Shown here piece by piece: positions 11,605 through 25,679 of a stretch of DNA of 64,000 nt. The position numbers and the translations under genes were made by a program. The notes under the pieces were generated by a model. The model was not told the DNA's origin, did not search any database, and saw only the letters and a list, made by a program, of their open reading frames with translations. How positions within the stretch are numbered: the first letter of the stretch is position 1; the number at the start of each line of letters is the position of its first letter. The stretch comes from Antedon mediterranea (taxonomy: Eukaryota; Animalia; Echinodermata). The stretch covers positions 10,352,352 through 10,416,351 of the forward strand of contig NC_092678.1 of NCBI RefSeq assembly GCF_964355755.1. The letters are read 5' to 3'.

Positions 11605-14400
11605 TACCATATTAAGCTATTTTGTGCAATTTGATGTTTTTATGTAACCAAGTTTTTTGAAATGCGATTTGAAGATATTCTGAGCACTTTGGTGTTTTTA
11701 TGTTAAAAAGTTTTTTCGAAAATCACAAAATGGTCTAAAACGTCTCCAAATGCGATTTGAAGATATTCTGAGCACTTTGGTGTTTTTATGTTAAAAAGTT
11801 TTTTCGAAAATCACAAAATGGTCTAAAACGTCTCCAAATGCGATTTGAAGCTATTCTGTACACTTTGATGTTTTGTGTGAAAAAGTTTTGTCGAAATGCT
11901 CAAAATGGTCTAAAACGTTTTTAAAACGATATTAAGCTATTTTGTGCTCTTTGATGTTTTTGTGTAACCAAGTTTTTTCGAAAATCACAAAATGGTCTAA
12001 AACGTCTCCAAATGCGATTTGAAGCTTTTCTAAGCACTTTGGTGTTTTTATGTTAACAAGTTTTTTCGAAAATCACAAAATGGTCTAAAACGTCTCAAAA
12101 TGCGATTTGAAGGTATTCTGAGCACTTTGGTGTTTTTGTGTGAAAAGTTTTAACGAAATGCTCAAAATGGTCTAAAACGGTTTCTAATGTGATTTTAAGC
12201 ACTTTGATGTTTTTGTGTAACCAAGTTTTTTCGAAAATCACAAAATGGTCTAAAACGTCTCCAAATGCGATTTGAAGCTATTCTGTACACTTTGATGTTT
12301 TGTGTGAAAAAAGTTTTGTCGAAATGCTCAAAATGGTCTAAAACGTTTTTAAAACGATATTGAGCTATTTTGTGCTCTTTGATGTTTTTGTGTAACCAAG
12401 TTTTATCGAAATGAACAAAATGGTCTAAAACGTCTCCAAATGCGATTTGAAGCTTTTCCAAGCACTTTGCTGTTTTTATATTAAGTTTTTTCGAAAATCA
12501 CAAAATGGTCTAAAACGTCTCTAAATGCGATTTGAAGGTATTCTGAGCAATTTGGTGTTTTTGTGTGAAAAGTTTTAACGAAATGCTCAAAATTGTCTAA
12601 AACGGTTTCTAATGTGATTTTAAGCACTTTGATGTTTTTGTAAAACCAAGTTTCATCGAAATGCACAAAATGGTCTAAAACGTCTCCAAATGCGATTTGA
12701 AGCTATTCTGTACACTTTGATGTTTTGTGTGAAAAAAGTTTTGTCGAAATGCTCAAAATGGTCTAAAACGTTTTTAAAACGATATTAAGCTATTTTGTGC
12801 TCTTTGATGTTTTTGTGTAACCAAGTTTTATCGAAATGAACAAAATGGTCTAAAACGTCTCCAAATGCGATTTGAAGCTTTTCCAAGCACTTTGCTGTTT
12901 TTATGTTAACAGGTTTTTTCGAAAATCACAAAATGGTCTAAAACGTCTCAAAATGCGATTTGAAGGTATTCTGAGCACTTTGGTGTTTTTGTGTGAAAAG
13001 TTTTAACGAAATGCTCAAAATTGTCTAAAACGGTTTCTAATGTGATTTTAAGCACTTTGATGTTTTTGTAAAACCAAGTTTCATCGAAATGCACAAAATG
13101 GTCTAAAATGTCTCCAAATGCGATTTGAAGCTTTTCCAAGCACTTTGCTGTTTTTATGTTAACAAGCTTTTTCGAAAATCACAAAAGGGTCTAAAACGTC
13201 TCCAAATGTGATTTGAAGATATTCTGAGCACTTTGGTATTTTTATGTTAAAAAGTTTTTTCGAAAATCACAAAATGGTCTAAAACGTCTCCAAATGCGAT
13301 TTGAAGATATTCTGAGCACTTTGGTGTTTTTATGTTAAAAAGTTTTTTCGAAAATCACAAAATGGTCTAAAACGTCTCCAAATGCGATTTGAAGCTATTC
13401 TGTACACTTTGATGTTTTGTGTGAAAAAGTTTTGTCGAAATGCTCAAAATGGTTTAAAACGTTTTTAAAACGATATTAAGCTATTTTGTGCTCTTTGATG
13501 TTTTTGTATAACCAAGTTTCATCGAAATGCACAAAATGGTCTAAAACGTCTCCAAATACGATTTGAAGCTTTTCCAAGCACTTTGCTGTTTTTATGTTAA
13601 CAAGTTTTTTCGAAAATCACAAAATTGTCTAAAACGTCTCAAAATGCGATTTGAAGGTATTCTGAGCACTTTGGTGTTTTTGTGTGAAAAGTTTTAACGA
13701 AAAGCTCAAAATGGTCTAAAACGGTTCTAATGTGATTTTAAGCACTTTGATGTTTTTGTACAACCAAGTTTCATCGAAATGCTCAAAATGGTCTAAAACG
13801 TTTTTAAAACGATATTAAGCTATTTTGTGCTCTTTGATGTTTTTGTGTAACCAAGTTTTTTTCGAAAATCACAAAATGGTCTAAAACGTCTCCAAATGCG
13901 ATTTGAAGCTTTTCTAAGCACTTTGGTGTTTTTATGTTAACAAGTTTTTTCGAAAATCGCAAAATGGTCTAAAACGTCTCAAAATGCGATTTGAAGGTAT
14001 TCTGAGCACTTTGGTGTTTTTGTGTGAAAAGTTTTAACGAAATGCTCAAAATGGTCTAAAACGGTTTCTAATGTGATTTTAACCACTTTGATGTTTTTGT
14101 GTAACCAAGTTCTTTTCGAAAATCACAAAATGGTCTAAAACGTCTCCAAATGCGATTTGAAGCTTTTCTAAGCACTTTGGTGTTTTTATGTTAACAAGTT
14201 TTTTCGAAAATCACAAAATGGTCTAAAACGTCTCAAAATGCGATTTGAAGGTATTCTGAGCACTTTGGTGTTTTTGTGTGAAAAGTTTTAACGAAATGCT
14301 CAAAATGGTCTAAAACGGTTTCTAATGTGATTTTAACCACTTTGATGTTTTTGTGTAACCAAGTTTTTTCGAAAATCACAAAATGGTCTAAAACGTCTCC
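9960..14400. repeat. Variant-rich block with a partner at about 39620-44150 (offset 29,665, then 29,752)
   Basis: CGGTTCTAATGTGATTTTAAGCTATTCTAGAC occurs at 10321 and 39986. ORFs 12195/41947, 12481/42233 and 12948/42700 are identical. The 87-bp offset change matches an extra monomer near 41200. Confidence 0.88.
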
Positions 14401-15384
14401 AAATGCGATTTGAAGCTTTTCTAAGCACTTTGGTGTTTTTATGTTAACAAGTTTTTTCGAAAATCACAAAATGGTCTAAAACGTCTCCAAATGCGATTTG
14501 AAGCTATTCTGTACACTTTGATGTTTTGTGTGAAAAAAGTTTTGTCGAAATGCTCAAAATGGTCTAAAACGTTTTTAAAACGATATTAAGCTATTTTGTG
14601 CTCTTTGATGTTTTTGTGTAACCAAGTTTTATCGAAATGAACAAAATGTTCTAAAACGTCTCCAAATGCGATTTGAAGCTTTTCCAAGCACTTTGCTGTT
14701 TTTATGTTAAGTTTTTTCGAAAATCACAAATTGGTCTAAAACGTCTCTAAATGCGAGTTGAAGGTATTCTGAGCACTTTGGTGTTTTTGTGTGAAAAGTT
14801 TTAACGAAATGCTCAAAATTGTCTAAAACGGTTTCTAATGTGATTTTAAGCACTTTGATGTTTTTGTAAAACCAAGTTTCATCGAAATGCACAAAATGGT
14901 CTAAAACGTCTCCAAATGCGATTTGAAGCTTTTCCAAGCACTTTGCTGTTTTTATGTTAACAAGCTTTTTCGAAAATCACAAAATGGTCTAAAACGTCTC
15001 CAAATGCGATTTGAAGATATTCTGAGCACTTTGGTGTTTTTATGTTAAAAAGTTTTTTCGAAAATCACAAAATGGTCTAAAACGTCTCCAAATGCGATTT
15101 GAAGCTCTTCTGTACACTTTGATGTTTTGTGTGAATAAGTTTTGTCAAAATGCTCAAAATGGTCTAAAACGTTTTTAAAACGATATTAAGCTATTTTGTG
15201 CTCTTTGATGTTTTTGTATAACCAAGTTTTTTCGAAAATCACAAAATTGTCTAAAACGTCTCCAAATGCGATTTGAAGATATTCTGAGCACTTTGGTGTT
15301 TTTATGTTAAAAAGTTTTTTCGAAAATCACAAAATGGTCTAAAACGTCTCCAAATGCGATTTGAAGATATTCTGAGCACTTTGG

Positions 15385-18300
15385 TGTTTTGTGTGAAAAG
15401 TTTTGTCGAAATGCTCAAAATGGTCTAAAACGTTTTTAAAACGATATTAAGCTATTTTGTGCTCTTTGATGTTTTTGTGTAACCAAGTTTCATCGAAATG
15501 AACAAAATGGTCTAAAACGTCTCCAAATGCGATTTGAAGCTTTTCTAAGCACTTTGGTGTTTTTATGTTAACAAGTTTTTTCGAAAATCACAAAATGGTC
15601 TAAAACGTCTCCAAATGCGATTTGAAGATATTCTGAGCACTTTGCTGTTTTTATGTTAACAAGTTTTTTCGAAAATCACAAAATGGTCTAAAACGTCTCA
15701 AAATGCTATTTGAAGGTATTCTGAGCACTTTGGTGTTTTTGTGTGAAAAGTTTTAACGAAATGCTCAAAATGGTCTAAAACGGTTCTAATGTGATTTTAA
15801 GCACTTTGATGTTTTTGTATAACCAAGTTTCATCGAAATGCTCAAAATGGTCTAAAACGTTTTTAAAACGATATTAAGCTATTTTGTGCTCTTTGATGTT
15901 TTTGTGTAACGAAGTTTCATCGAAATGAACAAAATGGTCTAAAACGTCTCCAAATGCGATTTGAAGCTTTTCCAAGCACTTTGCTGTTTTTATGTTAACA
16001 AGTTTTTTCGAAAATCACAAAATGGCCTAAAACCTCTCAAAATGCGATTTCAAGGTATTCTGAGCACTTTGGTGTTTTTGTGTGAAAGGTTTTAACGAAA
16101 TGCTCAAAATGGTCTAAAACGGTTTCTAATGTGATTTTAAGCACTTTGATGTTTTTGTATAACCAAGTTTCATCAAAATGCACAAAATGGTCTAAAACGT
16201 CTCCAAATGCGATTTGAAGCTTTTCTAAGCACTTTGCTGTTTTTATGTTAAAAAGTTTTTTCGAAAATCACAAAATGGTCTAAAACGTCTCCAAATGCGA
16301 TTTGAAGATATTCTGAGCACTTTGGTGTTTTTATGTTAAAAAGTTTTTTCGAAAATCACAAAATGGTCTAAAACGTCTCCAAATGCGATTTGAAGATATT
16401 CTGAGCACTTTGGTGTTTTTATGTTAAAAAGTTTTTTCGAAAATCACAAAATGGTCTAAAACGTCTCCAAATGCGATTTGAAGCTATTCTGTACACTTTG
16501 ATGTTTTGTGTGAAAAAGTTTTGTCGAAATGCTCAAAATGGTCTAAAACGTTTTTAAAACGATATTAAGCTATTTTGTGCTCTTTGATGTTTTTGTGTAA
16601 CCAAGTTTTATCGAAATGAACAAAATGGTCTAAAACGTCTCCAAATGCGATTTGAAGCTTTTCTAAGCACTTTGCTGTTTTTATGTTAACAAGTTTTTTC
16701 GAAAATCACAAAATGGTCTAAAACGTCTCCAAATGGGATTTGAAGCTTTTCTAAGCACTTTGGTGTTTTTATGTTAACAAGTTTTTTCGAAAAACACAAA
16801 ATGGTCTAAAACGTCTCCAAATGCGATTTGAAGATATTCTGAGCACTTTGGTGTTTTTATGTTAAAAAGTATTTTCGAAAATCACAAAATGGTCTAAAAC
16901 GTCTCCAAATGCGATTTGAAGCTCTTCTGTACACTTTGATGTTTTGTGTGAAAAAGTTTAGTCGAAATGCTCAAAATGGTCTAAAACGTTTTTAAAACGA
17001 TATTAAGCTATTTTGTGCTCTTTGATGTTTTTGTGTAACCAAGTTTCATCGAAAATCACAAAATGGTCTAAAACGTCTCCAAATGCGATTTGAAGCTTTT
17101 CCAAGCACTTTGCTGTTTTTATGTTAACAAGTTTTTTCGAAAATCACAAAATGGTCTAAAACGTCTCAAAATGCGATTTGAAGGTATTCTGAGCACTTTG
17201 GTGTTTTTGTGTGAAAAGTTTTAACGAAATGCTCAAAATTGTCTAAAACGGTTTCTAATGTGATTTTAAGCACTTTGATGTTTTTGTAAAACCAAGTTTC
17301 ATCGAAATGAACAAAATGGTCTAAAATGTCTCCAAATGCGATTTGAAGCTTTTCCAAGCACTTTGCTGTTTTTATGTTAACAAGCTTTTTCGAAAATCAC
17401 AAAATGGTCTAAAACGTCTCCAAATGCGATTTGAAGATATTCTGAGCACTTTGGTGTTTTTATGTTAAAAAGTTTTTTCGAAAATCACAAAATGGTCTAA
17501 AACGTCTCCAAATGCGATTTGAAGATATTCTAAGCACTTTGGTGTTTTTATGTTAACAAGTTTTTTCGAAAATCACAAAATGGTCTAAAACGTCTCCAAA
17601 TGCGATTTGAAGATATTCTGAGCACTTTGGTGTTTTTCTGTTAAAAAGTATTTTCGAAAATCACAAAATGGTCTAAAACGTCTCCAAATGCAATTTGAAG
17701 CTATTCTGTACACTTTGATGTTTTGTGTGAAAAGTTTTGTCGAAATGCTCAAAATGGTCTAAAACGTTTTTAAAACGATATTAAGCTATTTTGTGCTCTT
17801 TGATGTTTTTGTGTAACCAAGTTTCATCGAAATGAACAAAATGGTCTAAAACGTCTCCAAATGCGATTTGAAGCTTTTCTAAGCACTTTGGTGTTTTTAT
17901 GTTAACAAGTTTTTTCGAAAATCACAAAATGGTCTAAAACGTCTCCAAATGCGATTTGAAGATATTCTGAGCACTTTGCTGTTTTTATGTTAACAAGTTT
18001 TTTCGAAAATCACAAAATGGTCTAAAACGTCTCAAAATGCTATTTGAAGGTATTCTGAGCACTTTGGTGTTTTTGTGTGAAAAGTTTTAACGAAATGCTC
18101 AAAATGGTCTAAAACGGTTCTAATGTGATTTTAAGCACTTTGATGTTTTTGTATAACCAAGTTTCATCGAAATGCTCAAAATGGTCTAAAACGTTTTTAA
18201 AACGATATTAAGCTATTTTGTGCTCTTTGATGTTTTTGTGTAACGAAGTTTCATCGAAATGAACAAAATGGTCTAAAACGTCTCCAAATGCGATTTGAAG

Positions 18301-20064
18301 CTTTTCCAAGCACTTTGCTGTTTTTATGTTAACAAGTTTTTTCGAAAATCACAAAATGGCCTAAAACCTCTCAAAATGCGATTTCAAGGTATTCTGAGCA
18401 CTTTGGTGTTTTTGTGTGAAAGGTTTTAACGAAATGCTCAAAATGGTCTAAAACGGTTTCTAATGTGATTTTAAGCACTTTGATGTTTTTGTATAACCAA
18501 GTTTCATCAAAATGCACAAAATGGTCTAAAACGTCTCCAAATGCGATTTGAAGCTTTTCTAAGCACTTTGCTGTTTTTATGTTAAAAAGTTTTTTCGAAA
18601 ATCACAAAATGGTCTAAAACGTCTCCAAATGCGATTTGAAGATATTCTGAGCACTTTGGTGTTTTTATGTTAAAAAGTTTTTTCGAAAATCACAAAATGG
18701 TCTAAAACGTCTCCAAATGCGATTTGAAGATATTCTGAGCACTTTGGTGTTTTTATGTTAAAAAGTTTTTTCGAAAATCACAAAATGGTCTAAAACGTCT
18801 CCAAATGCGATTTGAAGCTATTCTGTACACTTTGATGTTTTGTGTGAAAAAGTTTTGTCGAAATGCTCAAAATGGTCTAAAACGTTTTTAAAACGATATT
18901 AAGCTATTTTGTGCTCTTTGATGTTTTTGTGTAACCAAGTTTTATCGAAATGAACAAAATGGTCTAAAACGTCTCCAAATGCGATTTGAAGCTTTTCTAA
19001 GCACTTTGCTGTTTTTATGTTAACAAGTTTTTTCGAAAATCACAAAATGGTCTAAAACGTCTCCAAATGGGATTTGAAGCTTTTCTAAGCACTTTGGTGT
19101 TTTTATGTTAACAAGTTTTTTCGAAAAACACAAAATGGTCTAAAACGTCTCCAAATGCGATTTGAAGATATTCTGAGCACTTTGGTGTTTTTATGTTAAA
19201 AAGTATTTTCGAAAATCACAAAATGGTCTAAAACGTCTCCAAATGCGATTTGAAGCTCTTCTGTACACTTTGATGTTTTGTGTGAAAAAGTTTAGTCGAA
19301 ATGCTCAAAATGGTCTAAAACGTTTTTAAAACGATATTAAGCTATTTTGTGCTCTTTGATGTTTTTGTGTAACCAAGTTTCATCGAAAATCACAAAATGG
19401 TCTAAAACGTCTCCAAATGCGATTTGAAGCTTTTCCAAGCACTTTGCTGTTTTTATGTTAACAAGTTTTTTCGAAAATCACAAAATGGTCTAAAACGTCT
19501 CAAAATGCGATTTGAAGGTATTCTGAGCACTTTGGTGTTTTTGTGTGAAAAGTTTTAACGAAATGCTCAAAATTGTCTAAAACGGTTTCTAATGTGATTT
19601 TAAGCACTTTGATGTTTTTGTAAAACCAAGTTTCATCGAAATGAACAAAATGGTCTAAAATGTCTCCAAATGCGATTTGAAGCTTTTCCAAGCACTTTGC
19701 TGTTTTTATGTTAACAAGCTTTTTCGAAAATCACAAAATGGTCTAAAACGTCTCCAAATGCGATTTGAAGATATTCTGAGCACTTTGGTGTTTTTATGTT
19801 AAAAAGTTTTTTCGAAAATCACAAAATGGTCTAAAACGTCTCCAAATGCGATTTGAAGATATTCTAAGCACTTTGGTGTTTTTATGTTAACAAGTTTTTT
19901 CGAAAATCACAAAATGGTCTAAAACGTCTCCAAATGCGATTTGAAGATATTCTGAGCACTTTGGTGTTTTTCTGTTAAAAAGTATTTTCGAAAATCACAA
20001 AATGGTCTAAAACGTCTCCAAATGCAATTTGAAGCTATTCTGTACACTTTGATGTTTTGTGTGA
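15385..20064. repeat. Direct tandem duplication, unit 2,334 bp
   Basis: The AACCTCTC variant occurs at 16031 and 18365. CATCAAAATGC, AAATGGGATT and GAAAAACAC variants repeat at the same offset, as do ORFs 17166/19500. Confidence 0.92.
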
Positions 20065-23000
20065 AAAAGTTTTGTCAAAAGGCTCAAAATGGTCTAAAAC
20101 GTTTTTAAAACGATATTAAGCTATTTTGTGCTCTTTGATGTTTTTGTATAACCAAGTTTTTTCGAAAATCACAAAATGGTCTAAAACGTCTCCAAATGCG
20201 ATTTGAAGCTTTTCTAAACACTTTGGTGTTTTTATGTTAACAAGTTTTTTCGAAAATCACAAAATGGTCTAAAACGTCTCCAAATCCGATTTGAAGCTAT
20301 TCTGTACACTTTGATGTTTTGTGTGAAAAAGTTTTGTCGAAATGCTCAAAATGGTCTAAAACGTTTTTAAAACGATATTAAGCTATTTTGTGCTCTTTGA
20401 TGTTTTTGTGTAACCAAGTTTCATCGATATGAACAAAATGGTCTAAAACGTCTCCAAATGCGATTTGAAGCTTTTCCAAGCACTTTGCTGTTTTTATGTT
20501 AACAAGTTTTTTCGAAAATCACAAAATTGTCTAAAACGTCTCAAAATGTGATTTGAAGGTATTCTTAGCACTTTGGTGTTTTTGTGTGAAAAGTTTTAAC
20601 GAAAAGCTCAAAATGGTCTAAAACGGTTCTAATGTGATTTTAAGCACTTTGATGTTTTTGTACAACCAAGTTTCATCGAAATGCTCAAAATGGTCTAAAA
20701 CGTTTTTAAAACGATATTAAGCTATTTTGTGCTCTTTGATGTTTTTGTGTAACCAAGTTTTTTCGAAAATCACAAAATGGTCTAAAACGTCTCCAAATGC
20801 GATTTGAAGCTTTTCTAAGCACTTTGGTGTTTTTATGTTAACAAGTTTTTTCGAAAATCACAAAATGGTCTAAAACGTCTCCAAATGCGATTTGAAGATA
20901 TTCTGAGCACTTTGGTGTTTTTCTGTTAAAAAGTATTTTCGAAAATCACAAAATGGTCTAAAACGTCTCCAAATGCAATTTGAAGCTATTCTGTACACTT
21001 TGATGTTTTGTGTGAAAAAGTTTTGTCAAAATGCTCAAAATGGTCTAAAACGTTTTTAAAACGATATTAAGCTATTTTGTGCTCTTTGATGTTTTTGTAT
21101 AACCAAGTTTTTTCGAAAATCACAAAATGGTCTAAAACGTCTCCAAATGCGATTTGAAGCTTTTCTAAACACTTTGGTGTTTTTATGTTAACAAGTTTTT
21201 TCGAAAATCACAAAATGGTCTAAAACGTCTCCAAATCCGATTTGAAGCTATTCTGTACACTTTGATGTTTTGTGTGAAAAAGTTTTGTCGAAATGCTCAA
21301 AATGGTCTAAAACGTTTTTAAAACGATATTAAGCTATTTTGTGCTCTTTGATGTTTTTGTGTAACCAAGTTTCATCGATATGAACAAAATGGTCTAAAAC
21401 GTCTCAAAATGCGATTTGAAGGTATTCTGAGCACTTTGGTGTTTTTGGGTGAAAAGTTTTAACGAAATGCTCAAAATGGTCTAAAACGGTTTCTAATGTG
21501 ATTTTAAGCACTTTGAAGTATTTGTAAAAACAAGTTTCATCGAAATGCACAAAATAGTCTAAAACGTCTCCAAATGCGATTTGAAGCTTTTCTAAGCACT
21601 TTGGTGTTTTTATGTTAACAAGTTTTTTCGAAAATCACAAAATGGTCTAAAACGTCTCCAAATGCGATTTGAAGATATTCTGAGCACTTTGGTGTTTTTA
21701 TGTTAAAAAGTATTTTCGAAAATCACAAAATGGTCTAAAACGTCTCCAAATGCGATTTGAAGCTCTTCTTTACACTTTGATGTTTTTTGTGAAAAAGTTT
21801 AGTCGAAATGCTCAAAATGGTCTATAACGTTTTTAAAACGATATTAAGCTATTTTGTGCTCTTTGATGTTTTTGTGTAACCAAGTTTCATCGAAAATCAC
21901 AAAATGGTCTAAAACGTCTCCAAATGCGATTTGAAGATATTCTGAGCACTTTGGTGTTTTTATGTTAACAAGTTTTTTCGAAAATCACAAAATGGTCTAA
22001 AACGTCTCCAAATGCGATTTGAAGATATTCTGAGCACTTTGGTGTTTTTATGTTAAAAAGTTTTTTCGAAAATCACAAAATGGTCTAAAACGTCTCCAAA
22101 TGCGATTTGAAGCTATTCTAAGCACTTTGCTGTTTTTATGTTAAAAAGTTTTTTCGAAAATCACAAAATGGTCTAAAACGTCTCCAAATGCGATTTGAAG
22201 ATATTCTGAGCACTTTGGTGTTTTTATGTTAAAAAGTTTTTTCGAAAATCACAAAATGGTCTAAAACGTCTCCAAATGCGATTTGAAGATATTCTGAGCA
22301 CTTTGGTGTTTTTATGTTAAAAAGTTTTTTCGAAAATCACAAAATGGTCTAAAACGTCTCCAAATGCGATTTGAAGCTATTCTGTACACTTTGATGTTTT
22401 GTGTGAAAAAGTTTTGTCGAAATGCTCAAAATGGTCTAAAACGTTTTTAAAACGATATTAAGCTATTTTGTGCTCTTTGATGTTTTTGTGTAACCAAGTT
22501 TTATCGAAATGAACAAAATGGTCTAAAACGTCTCCAAATGCGATTTGAAGCTTTTCTAAGCACTTTGCTGTTTTTATGTTAACAAGTTTTTTCGAAAATC
22601 ACAAAATGGTCTAAAACGTCTCCAAATGGGATTTGAAGCTTTTCTAAGCACTTTGGTGTTTTTATGTTAACAAGTTTTTTCGAAAAACACAAAATGGTCT
22701 AAAACGTCTCCAAATGCGATTTGAAGATATTCTGAGCACTTTGGTGTTTTTATGTTAAAAAGTATTTTCGAAAATCACAAAATGGTCTAAAACGTCTCCA
22801 AATGCGATTTGAAGCTCTTCTGTACACTTTGATGTTTTGTGTGAAAAAGTTTAGTCGAAATGCTCAAAATGGTCTAAAACGTTTTTAAAACGATATTAAG
22901 CTATTTTGTGCTCTTTGATGTTTTTGTGTAACCAAGTTTCATCGAAAATCACAAAATGGTCTAAAACGTCTCCAAATGCGATTTGAAGCTTTTCCAAGCA

Positions 23001-25679
23001 CTTTGCTGTTTTTATGTTAACAAGTTTTTTCGAAAATCACAAAATGGTCTAAAACGTCTCAAAATGCGATTTGAAGGTATTCTGAGCACTTTGGTGTTTT
23101 TGTGTGAAAAGTTTTAACGAAATGCTCAAAATTGTCTAAAACGGTTTCTAATGTGATTTTAAGCACTTTGATGTTTTTGTAAAACCAAGTTTCATCGAAA
23201 TGAACAAAATGGTCTAAAATGTCTCCAAATGCGATTTGAAGCTTTTCCAAGCACTTTGCTGTTTTTATGTTAACAAGCTTTTTCGAAAATCACAAAATGG
23301 TCTAAAACGTCTCCAAATGCGATTTGAAGATATTCTGAGCACTTTGGTGTTTTTATGTTAAAAAGTTTTTTCGAAAATCACAAAATGGTCTAAAACGTCT
23401 CCAAATGCGATTTGAAGATATTCTAAGCACTTTGGTGTTTTTATGTTAACAAGTTTTTTCGAAAATCACAAAATGGTCTAAAACGTCTCCAAATGCGATT
23501 TGAAGATATTCTGAGCACTTTGGTGTTTTTCTGTTAAAAAGTATTTTCGAAAATCACAAAATGGTCTAAAACGTCTCCAAATGCAATTTGAAGCTATTCT
23601 GTACACTTTGATGTTTTGTGTGAAAAAGTTTTGTCAAAAGGCTCAAAATGGTCTAAAACGTTTTTAAAACGATATTAAGCTATTTTGTGCTCTTTGATGT
23701 TTTTGTATAACCAAGTTTTTTCGAAAATCACAAAATGGTCTAAAACGTCTCCAAATGCGATTTGAAGCTTTTCTAAACACTTTGGTGTTTTTATGTTAAC
23801 AAGTTTTTTCGAAAATCACAAAATGGTCTAAAACGTCTCCAAATCCGATTTGAAGCTATTCTGTACACTTTGATGTTTTGTGTGAAAAAGTTTTGTCGAA
23901 ATGCTCAAAATGGTCTAAAACGTTTTTAAAACGATATTAAGCTATTTTGTGCTCTTTGATGTTTTTGTGTAACCAAGTTTCATCGATATGAACAAAATGG
24001 TCTAAAACGTCTCCAAATGCGATTTGAAGCTTTTCCAAGCACTTTGCTGTTTTTATGTTAACAAGTTTTTTCGAAAATCACAAAATTGTCTAAAACGTCT
24101 CAAAATGTGATTTGAAGGTATTCTTAGCACTTTGGTGTTTTTGTGTGAAAAGTTTTAACGAAAAGCTCAAAATGGTCTAAAACGGTTCTAATGTGATTTT
24201 AAGCACTTTGATGTTTTTGTACAACCAAGTTTCATCGAAATGCTCAAAATGGTCTAAAACGTTTTTAAAACGATATTAAGCTATTTTGTGCTCTTTGATG
24301 TTTTTGTGTAACCAAGTTTTTTCGAAAATCACAAAATGGTCTAAAACGTCTCCAAATGCGATTTGAAGCTTTTCTAAGCACTTTGGTGTTTTTATGTTAA
24401 CAAGTTTTTTCGAAAATCACAAAATGGTCTAAAACGTCTCCAAATGCGATTTGAAGATATTCTGAGCACTTTGGTGTTTTTCTGTTAAAAAGTATTTTCG
24501 AAAATCACAAAATGGTCTAAAACGTCTCCAAATGCAATTTGAAGCTATTCTGTACACTTTGATGTTTTGTGTGAAAAAGTTTTGTCAAAATGCTCAAAAT
24601 GGTCTAAAACGTTTTTAAAACGATATTAAGCTATTTTGTGCTCTTTGATGTTTTTGTATAACCAAGTTTTTTCGAAAATCACAAAATGGTCTAAAACGTC
24701 TCCAAATGCGATTTGAAGCTTTTCTAAACACTTTGGTGTTTTTATGTTAACAAGTTTTTTCGAAAATCACAAAATGGTCTAAAACGTCTCCAAATCCGAT
24801 TTGAAGCTATTCTGTACACTTTGATGTTTTGTGTGAAAAAGTTTTGTCGAAATGCTCAAAATGGTCTAAAACGTTTTTAAAACGATATTAAGCTATTTTG
24901 TGCTCTTTGATGTTTTTGTGTAACCAAGTTTCATCGATATGAACAAAATGGTCTAAAACGTCTCAAAATGCGATTTGAAGGTATTCTGAGCACTTTGGTG
25001 TTTTTGGGTGAAAAGTTTTAACGAAATGCTCAAAATGGTCTAAAACGGTTTCTAATGTGATTTTAAGCACTTTGAAGTATTTGTAAAAACAAGTTTCATC
25101 GAAATGCACAAAATAGTCTAAAACGTCTCCAAATGCGATTTGAAGCTTTTCTAAGCACTTTGGTGTTTTTATGTTAACAAGTTTTTTCGAAAATCACAAA
25201 ATGGTCTAAAACGTCTCCAAATGCGATTTGAAGATATTCTGAGCACTTTGGTGTTTTTATGTTAAAAAGTATTTTCGAAAATCACAAAATGGTCTAAAAC
25301 GTCTCCAAATGCGATTTGAAGCTCTTCTTTACACTTTGATGTTTTTTGTGAAAAAGTTTAGTCGAAATGCTCAAAATGGTCTATAACGTTTTTAAAACGA
25401 TATTAAGCTATTTTGTGCTCTTTGATGTTTTTGTGTAACCAAGTTTCATCGAAAATCACAAAATGGTCTAAAACGTCTCCAAATGCGATTTGAAGATATT
25501 CTGAGCACTTTGGTGTTTTTATGTTAACAAGTTTTTTCGAAAATCACAAAATGGTCTAAAACGTCTCCAAATGCGATTTGAAGATATTCTGAGCACTTTG
25601 GTGTTTTTATGTTAAAAAGTTTTTTCGAAAATCACAAAATGGTCTAAAACGTCTCCAAATGCGATTTGAAGCTATTCTA
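18560..25679. repeat. Direct tandem duplication, unit 3,559 bp
   Basis: ORFs 19500/23059; TCAAAATGTGATTTGAAGGTATTCTTAG at 20541/24100; GGGTG marker at 21447/25006; chimeric junction monomer at about 22119. Confidence 0.92.
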
